From a phage, in the sequence record PX441839.1: a DNA stretch of 64,000 nucleotides; one strand, given 5' to 3'. The translations under genes were made by a program, and so were the position numbers. Position 1 is the stretch's first letter, and each line of letters starts with the position of its first letter. The notes below the pieces were generated by a model. That model was not told the DNA's origin and did not search any database. It worked only from the letters and a program-made list of their open reading frames with translations. Below, piece after piece: positions 9,260 to 17,125 of this stretch.

Positions 9260-9490
9260 TTAATATTTCTCAGAGTATGCTTTACTTAGAGTTTCAATCA
9301 TCACTTCTTGGCGAGTCCGAGGGATAATCTCAACACCTTCTGGAACAGTGTTCATAGTAAATGACACGTTTACCATCTGGCCTGTGTATTCATCCATCAG
9401 TTGTGCAACATATGCCGCAACAGATTTGCCTTCACTGGTAGCGAGGAATTTCAGTTTTTCGTAAGTAACTTCATTGAAATTAATGTTCAT
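9260..9490 (-). CDS. hypothetical protein
   Basis: ORF track 9260..9556; start at internal ATG (MNINFNEV) preceded by GGAGA. Confidence 0.4.
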   Translation of the reverse strand: MNINFNEVTYEKLKFLATSEGKSVAAYVAQLMDEYTGQMVNVSFTMNTVPEGVEIIPRTRQEVMIETLSKAYSEKY

Positions 9491-9525
9491 ATTATCTCCA
9501 TTTATTAGGCAAATTATTTTTCCAG

Positions 9526-9546
9526 ATAGCCGCCCTTCTGGGCGGC
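9526..9546 (-). terminator. stem-loop, possible terminator
   Basis: GCCGCCC-TTCT-GGGCGGC hairpin between two minus-strand genes. Confidence 0.35.
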
Positions 9547-9574
9547 AAAACAACATTACTCAGCAGATAAGGGA

Positions 9575-9883
9575 TTACCAATCCACGTTACGGCCCATCA
9601 GGATATCCAGTTCGTTCAGTTGCTCAATCTGGTCTTCCAGAGCGGCGCGTTTCTTTTCTGCGGCATCTTGCTTATCGTATTCACCATTGATCAGTGTACG
9701 CAGGAATTTAGGGTCAATGTTAAGGTCTTCTTTGGTGATTGCCAAGATATCTTTCAGATCCCGTGCTGCATCTTTCTGGCGACGAATCGCATCAACACCC
9801 TCCTGAACAATGTTAGCCAGGCGCTTGCGAGTTTCGATGTCGGAAGGCAGGGTGTTGAGTAATTCCACTTTTAATTTAGCCAT
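9575..9883 (-). CDS. hypothetical coiled-coil protein
   Basis: ORF track 9575..9928; ATG (MAKLKV) preceded by AAGGAG. Confidence 0.45.
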   Translation of the reverse strand: MAKLKVELLNTLPSDIETRKRLANIVQEGVDAIRRQKDAARDLKDILAITKEDLNIDPKFLRTLINGEYDKQDAAEKKRAALEDQIEQLNELDILMGRNVDW

Positions 9884-9959
9884 TGTAGTATCTCCTTTCT
9901 CAGTTAATGTGCGAGTATTATTACTCAATATGGAACTTCTGTCAACTACTTTTTAAAAC

Positions 9960-10136
9960 TTATCGGACAAACATTCTACCTTGCTCATAGTATCCGTTAC
10001 GAATACCCCTCGGAGCAGAAATAGACTTTACAGCAGTAGCACCGCAATTGCAAGGTGCATTTTCTCTCTCAGAGATCTTTCGGTTCTTATCAAACTCTGC
10101 CCCACATTTTGGACATTTGTAAGAGTATGTTGGCAC
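9960..10136 (-). CDS. FmdB-family zinc-ribbon protein (about 58 aa)
   Basis: Not in ORF track (under 60 aa); hand translation (GTG)PTYSYKCPKCGAEFDKNRKISERENAPCNCGATAV fits the Y.Y.C..CG..F...C.CG zinc-ribbon pattern; start abuts MazG stop. Confidence 0.4.
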   Translation of the reverse strand: MPTYSYKCPKCGAEFDKNRKISERENAPCNCGATAVKSISAPRGIRNGYYEQGRMFVR

Positions 10137-10952
10137 TTAATATTTCTCCAGATTCGGTTCAAAGAAGGTGCAAGGCTTCATGATCTTACCTTTATCATCC
10201 TTAAACACAACACGGTTTCCGAACACCTCTCCACGGATACCTTTGTATCTACCTGCATGGTGCTTATTAAGAGATTCTGCCTCGATACTGATCATGTCAT
10301 CAACAGAAAGACCTCCCTTAACAACCCCATATCGAGAAGAAATGAATCCCTCTTTGAATTGTTCAATAGTTGGAATCTTTGACTCATTGGATGACAGAAC
10401 TTCCTCCAATACCGCCTCAATATCCAAATCCATATTGTGGAGAATTGTGCATATCGCACGGAAAGCGAAATGACTCTCCCCGAAACTAATGATCGATGAG
10501 GACAAAATACGAACAAGATCAACCAGAGAGTCGTGTGCCCACGTACCTGGGTCAAGGGCGATCTCTGAGTAATCAACGGCAGCATCAATTGCATCTTCAA
10601 TATTATCAAGAATCTCTGCGTCAACCTTAAGCTTCTTAAGGAAATCCCAGTAAGATACCACAACAAAAAGATCTGCGAGCGCGTCGATGGTTTCTTTCCG
10701 ATCTTTATTCAAAAGAGCATCTTTAAGCTCGTTAAGTTCCTCAACACAGAACGATTTTTGACGATCGATCATCTCTTCACTGTAGTCGTGGTTTTTTCGA
10801 GCGGTTAAGTTAAACTCGCGGACTCGTGAAAAAGCACTTTTTAAAATGTCTCGTTTTTCTTTTTTGGCAAAAGATTCAATAAAAGAATATTCTTGTGTCA
10901 CTTGATTCTCCTCTTCTTTGAAAGTAGGGCCATTATACATGACCAATTCCAT
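10137..10952 (-). CDS. MazG-like nucleoside triphosphate pyrophosphohydrolase
   Basis: VEELNELKDALLNKDRKETIDALADLFVV matches the MazG/HisE EEL.E..DA....E..D.L all-alpha NTP-PPase motif. Confidence 0.5.
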   Translation of the reverse strand: MELVMYNGPTFKEEENQVTQEYSFIESFAKKEKRDILKSAFSRVREFNLTARKNHDYSEEMIDRQKSFCVEELNELKDALLNKDRKETIDALADLFVVVSYWDFLKKLKVDAEILDNIEDAIDAAVDYSEIALDPGTWAHDSLVDLVRILSSSIISFGESHFAFRAICTILHNMDLDIEAVLEEVLSSNESKIPTIEQFKEGFISSRYGVVKGGLSVDDMISIEAESLNKHHAGRYKGIRGEVFGNRVVFKDDKGKIMKPCTFFEPNLEKY

Positions 10953-10955
10953 ATG

Positions 10956-11411
10956 TCAACGATCTTCGTAAACTTTCTTAGCTTCATCTCTCCGCAAGCT
11001 GTTACGGGAATCCCTCAATGCCTCCTTTTTCTTCTGCTCATCCTTCATACGGGCACTCACTATACTTCGAACGGTGTAACCGACAAGCTTTTCCTCTGTC
11101 CCATTCATCCAGTCGAGATCACCAACAAATATGAAGCTATCATCCCACCAATGTTGAATCCAAGTGTATTTCCCAGTTACAGGGTCGTACAAGGTGAAGT
11201 CGGTATAGCAACGACTATCTTCTTCAATCTTAACCTGGTCTTCATCACCCTGTTTGCAGTAAAAACCATCATGGATCTCGATACTACCACTCTTCACCAA
11301 TTTCACAATCTTTTTTGTAGGCTCCTTTATCTGTAACCAATCGTGGAACCATGCCATCCCACAAAACAAGCTGAACAATACAAAAACGAAAACCAGAAAC
11401 GGATCAGACAT
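10956..11411 (-). CDS. membrane protein with N-terminal transmembrane helix
   Basis: ORF track 10956..11429; FLVFVFVLFSLFCGMAWF hydrophobic segment. Confidence 0.4.
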   Translation of the reverse strand: MSDPFLVFVFVLFSLFCGMAWFHDWLQIKEPTKKIVKLVKSGSIEIHDGFYCKQGDEDQVKIEEDSRCYTDFTLYDPVTGKYTWIQHWWDDSFIFVGDLDWMNGTEEKLVGYTVRSIVSARMKDEQKKKEALRDSRNSLRRDEAKKVYEDR

Positions 11412-12783
11412 TATCATTCTCCTCTGCAATAGTCATTAACAGGTCGAGTAAAGAGTCAGAGGCTGCGATAATCTCAGGAAGAGAGTTTGCCTGGCTCTTG
11501 TCTCTACGGATCTCTACAAACTTATAGTTCAGTCGAGGAAGGAACAGTGATGCAAGCTCCTTGGTCTCAGACTTCGTAATGTCGTTAGCCTTTCCTGTTA
11601 CAATCTGCCCAATAAAATATTCCCGAGGTTTCTTACGCAGCGCGTCTGTCAAACCGGAGCCAATACCAACCTCTAAAAGTCCATCACGGGATCGGCAAAT
11701 AAGAGCACCGACCAAGTTGGGGTTCTTCTTGTGTGGAATAACATCAACAACTTCGACCTCAAAATCAAACTCATTCTTAAGTTTGATCCCTTTCTTTGTC
11801 TTATTGTCTCCCCAAGGCATAGCTGCCTCTTTGATAACAGTACCTTCTTTCTTCTGCTTACGCATCTCCACAAAGTGTTCGATGGCTTCCCGCATATTGC
11901 TAATGCGACGTCCAGTGATCATCCTGAAATTATCAGGATTGCCAACACTGTTCACAACAATATGGGCAACCAGTCGGCGGTCTTCATAACGAGCTTTGCT
12001 CTTTCTGGCGACATACTCGTCCATGTCTACGCAATCCCAAACCACCAGGCGAACAAGTGCAGGATCGATACTCTCAGGATCTTGGTTAAGGTATCCATTT
12101 CCGATCTCCCGTGGTTGTACTCCGTTAGGATATGAATTGTCGATAACCAAGGCTTCTCCATGAAGAACATAAGGTCCATTCTCACGGGCCTTAAACTTAA
12201 GGCCATTCTCCACGTCAGGTACGCACCGGAAATTTAATTCCTTGCCAGATCGTGATCGATAAATCACCTGTTCAGGCCACACCATAATGTCCGCATACAA
12301 CCCATCCATTTTCTCATCTGAAAATGCACCATCGTAGTTAAACTTACGAAGCAGATCTGGTTTGAATAGCGTGTAGCTTTGATAAGGTGGCTCAGTAATA
12401 AGGTCCTTCCAAACCTTGTTTGTAAGCGTTGTCTGGATACCACACTCAAGATCACGGTTAATAACCTTTACCAGGGTCTCAGGTTCTTCGCATAAACCAA
12501 CCAACTGATCCATGTATGCCTTAGCATCATCTCCGGTATACCGACGACACGCAATGTTGTCAATTAAGTCCTTAATCGAGTCGATCAATGGTCGATTACC
12601 ACAAACCCCGTTTGATGAACAGACACTCTTGAAATTCCGAACAAAAAAGTTCAACTCTTTCGAGTAGGCTACACGAAAAACTTCACGAAGTACATCGTTG
12701 TCTTCATTCTCACGAAGAATGGCCTCTTTCTCTTTTGTAGATCGGGTGTTGGACAGCTTGTTTAAAATTTCAGTTACAGTCAT
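11404..12783 (-). CDS. ATP-dependent DNA ligase (T4-type)
   Basis: MTVTEILNKLSNTRSTKEKEAILRENEDNDVLREVF aligns with T4 ligase MILKILNEIASIGSTKQKQAILEKNKDNELLKRVY; KMDG adenylation lysine motif; start refined from track 12822. Confidence 0.7.
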   Translation of the reverse strand: MTVTEILNKLSNTRSTKEKEAILRENEDNDVLREVFRVAYSKELNFFVRNFKSVCSSNGVCGNRPLIDSIKDLIDNIACRRYTGDDAKAYMDQLVGLCEEPETLVKVINRDLECGIQTTLTNKVWKDLITEPPYQSYTLFKPDLLRKFNYDGAFSDEKMDGLYADIMVWPEQVIYRSRSGKELNFRCVPDVENGLKFKARENGPYVLHGEALVIDNSYPNGVQPREIGNGYLNQDPESIDPALVRLVVWDCVDMDEYVARKSKARYEDRRLVAHIVVNSVGNPDNFRMITGRRISNMREAIEHFVEMRKQKKEGTVIKEAAMPWGDNKTKKGIKLKNEFDFEVEVVDVIPHKKNPNLVGALICRSRDGLLEVGIGSGLTDALRKKPREYFIGQIVTGKANDITKSETKELASLFLPRLNYKFVEIRRDKSQANSLPEIIAASDSLLDLLMTIAEENDNV

Positions 12784-12961
12784 TCGTATCTCCTTTTGGT
12801 GGAATATTGCCGCTGTTGTCAATTGTTACAAAATCTCCCCTTGTTGTCCAGCAAATTTCACAAACCTCCGCACACAAGGTTATACTCCCATACATGCCCA
12901 CACTCTGCTTCGTATAAGTAAAACTCTCTGTATCTTCCTCACAGATATAACAATATGTCAT
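12770..12961 (-). CDS. small Cys-rich protein (63 aa)
   Basis: ORF track; CYICEE...CAEVCEIC. Confidence 0.3.
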   Translation of the reverse strand: MTYCYICEEDTESFTYTKQSVGMYGSITLCAEVCEICWTTRGDFVTIDNSGNIPPKGDTNDCN

Positions 12962-13052
12962 TAACCTCTCCTCAGTGCAGTAACTGTAAGTATAGCAACT
13001 ATCGCACCACCTAATGTAAGAAACATTGCCAAAAACTTGACAGCATCAACAA

Positions 13053-13529
13053 CTATTTCCATTTCTCTTTCAGAACCTCTCTGATCCTTTCAAATTCCTC
13101 AACGATCCAGTCAAACTGAGGAAGTTCTATAACTTTTGCATTGTCAGGTGAGCCATAGTAGTAATAATGGGTAAATGGAAGTTCAGATTTCCACAACTCC
13201 TCCACTATGTCTCTGTTCTGCCGAAGCTTACATCGTATAGCCTCAAGTATGACTTCCTTGTCTGAATCTGTCAACCCCTCTTTGTCGATTCTTTCGTGTT
13301 TAAGGCGATTGCCATACTTCTTGGCCTCAAAACCTTTCATTGTCCTAAGCTCATAGTGCTTACAACCTGTCAGGTAAAAATACCAAAATCCCTCCATACA
13401 CTTAAATGATCCGTACCCAGGGACGGTAAAATCCCTGTCGTACAAGTTTGTCAGCATCCTTCCAAGTTTTGTTGCTCCCTTGGTGTAGATGTTGATGTGG
13501 TTGTTTCCGTCATCTTCTGGCGAGAACAC
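13053..13529 (-). CDS. hypothetical protein (158 aa)
   Basis: ORF track. Confidence 0.45.
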   Translation of the reverse strand: MFSPEDDGNNHINIYTKGATKLGRMLTNLYDRDFTVPGYGSFKCMEGFWYFYLTGCKHYELRTMKGFEAKKYGNRLKHERIDKEGLTDSDKEVILEAIRCKLRQNRDIVEELWKSELPFTHYYYYGSPDNAKVIELPQFDWIVEEFERIREVLKEKWK

Positions 13530-13544
13530 TCATTAACCTCCTCT

Positions 13545-13934
13545 TTAAGATTTTTTCTTTTTGGTGGTTGAAGCAGATTTTTGAACTTTGGGTGATTTAA
13601 CCATTGGTCGATGAACTTGTTTCCCACGTCTTACCCCTTTCTTCGGTTTATAAGGCTCCTCCGGCTTTTCATACAACCCGAGGATTGCATTTTCAACGGC
13701 ACTTGTCGGAACAGTCGCCATTCCCCTTCGCTTGGCATCGGGAAGCTGTACCTCCCACACAGACAGCCAATATTTCAAGTCTTCTATACGGTCCTGTGCC
13801 CAAGGATCAGGTTCCTTGATCCCAATGAGTCGTTCAAGCTCATCATATCTCTCATTGAGGCACTTTTCAAGTTTTTCAATTGGCGTTGAAAATACAAACG
13901 CCTCCTTGTCGAAAGGTTGCGTCTTCTTTTGCAT
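13545..13934 (-). CDS. hypothetical basic protein
   Basis: ORF track 13545..13964; Lys-rich C-terminus. Confidence 0.4.
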   Translation of the reverse strand: MQKKTQPFDKEAFVFSTPIEKLEKCLNERYDELERLIGIKEPDPWAQDRIEDLKYWLSVWEVQLPDAKRRGMATVPTSAVENAILGLYEKPEEPYKPKKGVRRGKQVHRPMVKSPKVQKSASTTKKKKS

Positions 13935-13936
13935 AC

Positions 13937-14173
13937 CTACTCCTCCTCTTTGATCCTTACCCATCCCATCTTAAGCATGTGCTGTTCAGAGGTGGGCCAT
14001 TTATTATCAACCACAGCTTGTAGCCACTCATGGTCTATACCATCGTGAACATATTCACTGTACAAGGTGTCTAATGTTTCCACATGAGCAACAGATGCCG
14101 CCCCTGTCCTTACCAAATACTCCCTCAGTTCAGTGACACGTCTGCTTAGTTTACAGCTATCACAATTGCACAT
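13937..14173 (-). CDS. hypothetical protein
   Basis: ORF track 13937..14293 trimmed to internal ATG to limit overlap. Confidence 0.3.
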   Translation of the reverse strand: MCNCDSCKLSRRVTELREYLVRTGAASVAHVETLDTLYSEYVHDGIDHEWLQAVVDNKWPTSEQHMLKMGWVRIKEEE

Positions 14174-14492
14174 TATCCCACTCCAACACAATGAAATGAC
14201 TAAAACGAGAAGTGTGTGACCAACGCATGATGGTAGCATCTGCCCAAGCGATCTTGTCAGGATCTCCGCTGACTTTGATGTGTATGTTGTCACAGTTTTG
14301 TCTTACATCTACAACTTTGAATGTGTAATCCATCCAATTCAGGCGTTTACAGAGATATATTAATTGCTCATTCATCTCGTAAGAGAATTTGTAGAACCTA
14401 GGCTTCTCTTGGGCCTTGTAGATCTCCTCTAGCTTCTCTATCTGCTCATCTGTCATCTCCAGACGGTGCAGATGGTACAAAGTGTCTTCCAT
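14160..14492 (-). CDS. hypothetical protein (110 aa)
   Basis: ORF track. Confidence 0.4.
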   Translation of the reverse strand: MEDTLYHLHRLEMTDEQIEKLEEIYKAQEKPRFYKFSYEMNEQLIYLCKRLNWMDYTFKVVDVRQNCDNIHIKVSGDPDKIAWADATIMRWSHTSRFSHFIVLEWDNVQL

Positions 14493-14579
14493 ATTACCTC
14501 CAAATCGTTAGCAGAAAGCCCCACAATCGATTTTATGGGGTTCAGGTATGCGATGGTATTCCAAACACCACAGAAGTCC

Positions 14580-14792
14580 TTACAGAGCTTCCTGTGCAGT
14601 CGTCCCTTCCTTACATTCAGGACAATACCATACCCCAAGACCGGGGTGTTCTGGATCTTCCACAAAATTGTCAGGTTTCTCATGTAAGACGATTGATTGT
14701 CCAATCGCCGCACCTGGTATTTTGTAGAAGCAGATATGAGGACCAACACCGTAATGTGGGTACTCCCCATCTTTGCATGTCTCACACATCAA
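14580..14792 (-). CDS. zinc-ribbon protein (70 aa)
   Basis: CETC...CPEC paired CxxC motifs; preferred over overlapping 14453..14785 frame. Confidence 0.4.
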   Translation of the reverse strand: MMCETCKDGEYPHYGVGPHICFYKIPGAAIGQSIVLHEKPDNFVEDPEHPGLGVWYCPECKEGTTAQEAL

Positions 14793-15070
14793 ATCATCTC
14801 CATCGTTATAAGTACGTTATCCAGATCGTCGGTATTTAACTGTAGATCAGGATTAATACTATCCTCCACACGATGATAAATCAACCCCTTTTCCACATAC
14901 TGATAAACCACATCATGATATTTTCCCAACATGGTTAACCAGTCACATTCGTAAACAGTGACCACACATACCTTTAGTCCCATCTTTGCTGATCTCCAAG
15001 CTTCCCTCACAGCCATGAGGTGAGCTAATTCCAGATCATCCATCTTATTTTTATTCTTATTCAATAACAT
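14789..15070 (-). CDS. hypothetical protein, first gene of leftward operon
   Basis: ORF track; ATG preceded by AAGAGG. Confidence 0.45.
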   Translation of the reverse strand: MLLNKNKNKMDDLELAHLMAVREAWRSAKMGLKVCVVTVYECDWLTMLGKYHDVVYQYVEKGLIYHRVEDSINPDLQLNTDDLDNVLITMEMI

Positions 15071-15109
15071 TATATAAACCTCTTATGATATCTTCGTCTA
15101 GTGCTGTGC

Positions 15110-15138
15110 AGTATACACCCTGTAGATCAGATGTCAAG
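15110..15138 (-). promoter_or_regulatory. sigma70-like promoter for leftward operon
   Basis: minus-strand TTGACA, about 16-17 nt spacer, TATACT, roughly 35 nt upstream of gene start at 15070. Confidence 0.5.
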
Positions 15139-15164
15139 ACTACCAATTCAAAAAATTTTCAGAT

Positions 15165-15300
15165 AATCTATGTATAAGATCTAAAGATCTATTATAAAAA
15201 GTTATAAGATCTTATTGTTTTTATAATTATTATGAATATAATGAATAATAATTATGGTTTTTATAATTTATGAGTGAAACGAATAAATTATAAGATCAAA
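15165..15300. repeat. AT-rich region with repeated TATAAGATC motifs and 12-bp palindrome ATAAGATCTTAT
   Basis: motif seen at about 15173, 15203 and 15288; putative operator sites between divergent operons. Confidence 0.45.
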
Positions 15301-15340
15301 TGGGGTTCTTATGAGCGTAGCGAATGGGTATAATCTTAAT
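15300..15340 (+). promoter_or_regulatory. promoter for rightward operon (-10 TATAAT)
   Basis: TGGGTATAAT at about 15325-15334, about 60 nt upstream of first plus-strand gene. Confidence 0.4.
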
Positions 15341-15392
15341 ATAAGTATTGTGTGCCTTTTGAGGCAACGACGTAGGTTGTGTGGAGGTGAGG

Positions 15393-15809
15393 ATGATTTT
15401 TCAGTTTGGTAACAGTTCAGTGGAGATTTCAGAAGATAGCTTCATGCAGATTCCTACCCACTGGGTAATGAACTTAAGCGGAGATGACTTAAAGAGGGCT
15501 TGCCTTCTTCGGTGGAGGTTCACATTCTTTGCTGATACGGGACTTTTCCCAGATGCATCCCTATGCTTCTATGAGTCTCAGCAGTCATTGTGTGACCTGT
15601 TTGGGATGTCAAAGTCTAGCCGGACAAAGGTGAGTGCTTGTCTAAAGAGGTTGGAGGCTGCTGGGGTAATATTTATACGCAGGGGCAAGTCAAGGGAGAG
15701 TGGGGAGTTGAAGCCACGGCATTACATTGTCCCCAATGACTCACTGCTTATTGAGAAGTACGGTATACGACCAGACTTGTGGGATGATAAGGAAATAATT
15801 GAAAAGTAA
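15393..15809 (+). CDS. hypothetical protein, possible winged-helix DNA-binding
   Basis: ORF track 15381 is a GTG; ATG at 15393 follows GGAGGTGA. Confidence 0.45.
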   Translation: MIFQFGNSSVEISEDSFMQIPTHWVMNLSGDDLKRACLLRWRFTFFADTGLFPDASLCFYESQQSLCDLFGMSKSSRTKVSACLKRLEAAGVIFIRRGKSRESGELKPRHYIVPNDSLLIEKYGIRPDLWDDKEIIEK

Positions 15810-15867
15810 GTTGACATCCGGTGTGGTGTTTAGTACAGTTTCGACATTGAAAATGAGAGGAGAGAAG

Positions 15868-16158
15868 ATGAATATTCAAGAACAGGTTAAAATAACTTTC
15901 GAAGACCTTGTGGAACTACATAAGAAACGAAAATATCAAAAGGGCCGAGAAAAGAAGGCAATGGAGGATGTGGTATTCTTTTCTAAAGATGGTCATGGAC
16001 TTTCCAAGAAAGAGGCAAACAGGAAGGTTGATGCAGCGTGGGCTACACAACGGGACGCTGTGAACATTGTGTCAGGTATTGATAAGCAGATTGAATATGA
16101 ACTGAATGCCATAGGGCAGATTATCAACTTTGTTGCGGAAAAGGAGAGTGATAAATGA
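15868..16158 (+). CDS. hypothetical protein
   Basis: ORF track 15799..16158; ATG (MNIQEQ) after GAGAGGAGAG. Confidence 0.4.
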   Translation: MNIQEQVKITFEDLVELHKKRKYQKGREKKAMEDVVFFSKDGHGLSKKEANRKVDAAWATQRDAVNIVSGIDKQIEYELNAIGQIINFVAEKESDK

Positions 16159-17069
16159 TTTCTTTACATCTCGATAACTTTAAAAGGGTTAAGCTTGAGT
16201 TTATGACGTTCAGCGGTGGAGAGCGTAACGTCCGTATAGGTGGACTGGATGTCGAAAAAGATGGTGTTCTTGAGTTTGCTGGATATGGGGAGGTTGACCA
16301 TCTCTCTCAACGTAAGTGGGAAAATTATCGTGTAACAGCACATATTCAAAGCTCAGATGATATCATGGATCTGTTACTTCTAAAGGATGCCATTGATCGT
16401 GTGGGCAATGGATGTTTGCGACGTGTATACTCAATCCTGCATCTTCCGTATCTCCCATATGCTCGACAAGACCGTGCAATGGTAAACGGGGAGGCGATCT
16501 CTGTTGTCGTTATGGCAAACCTGATTAACTCTCTTGAGTTTGATGCCGTGTGGATTGATGACCCGCATTCTGATGTTGGTCCGTCGCATATAAAAAACGC
16601 CGTAATTACCCCTCAGCATGAGCTTTTGCTGGACATGTGTAACAAAGATGATGTTCTTTCCGATGGAACAATCATTGTTGCACCTGATGCAGGTGCCATG
16701 AAAAAGGCAAGCAAGTTGGCTGAACTCGCTGATTTACCTCTCGGGACTGGTGGTAAACACAGGGATGTCAAGACAGGTAAGATTACAGGAACAACTTACA
16801 CAGGGCCAGATGTAAACGGTAAACGATGCCTGTTGGTAGACGATATTGCGGATGGCGCTGCCACATTTGTGTGTCTTGCAGAGAAACTAAAATCCCTGGG
16901 TGCAAAACAGGTTGATCTGTATGTAACGCACGGCATTTTCTCAAAAGGGATTGATGACCTTGAGCATATCGATAAGATTTATTCGGCATACCCCTGGAGA
17001 AAGAACGTTAAGTGGAAAAATGGAAAAGGTAAGCTAAATACGGTTGACATCGTAAGCTGGTTCGAGTAA
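16155..17069 (+). CDS. ribose-phosphate pyrophosphokinase (PRPP synthetase)-like enzyme
   Basis: YARQDR and LLVDDIADGAAT match Prs catalytic and PRPP-binding motifs; 304 aa; ATGA overlap with upstream gene. Confidence 0.65.
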   Translation: MISLHLDNFKRVKLEFMTFSGGERNVRIGGLDVEKDGVLEFAGYGEVDHLSQRKWENYRVTAHIQSSDDIMDLLLLKDAIDRVGNGCLRRVYSILHLPYLPYARQDRAMVNGEAISVVVMANLINSLEFDAVWIDDPHSDVGPSHIKNAVITPQHELLLDMCNKDDVLSDGTIIVAPDAGAMKKASKLAELADLPLGTGGKHRDVKTGKITGTTYTGPDVNGKRCLLVDDIADGAATFVCLAEKLKSLGAKQVDLYVTHGIFSKGIDDLEHIDKIYSAYPWRKNVKWKNGKGKLNTVDIVSWFE

Positions 17070-17125
17070 AGTACATTTTATCGGGAGGCGTGTTGCCTCC
17101 CACATACAACGAAGGAGAGTTACAT

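Noticed and set aside
14453-14785. 110-aa minus-strand ORF overlapping 14580..14792 in another frame
   Set aside because: The alternative frame (14580..14792) has paired CxxC zinc-ribbon motifs and fits the operon spacing; the 110-aa translation has no features and awkward overlaps.
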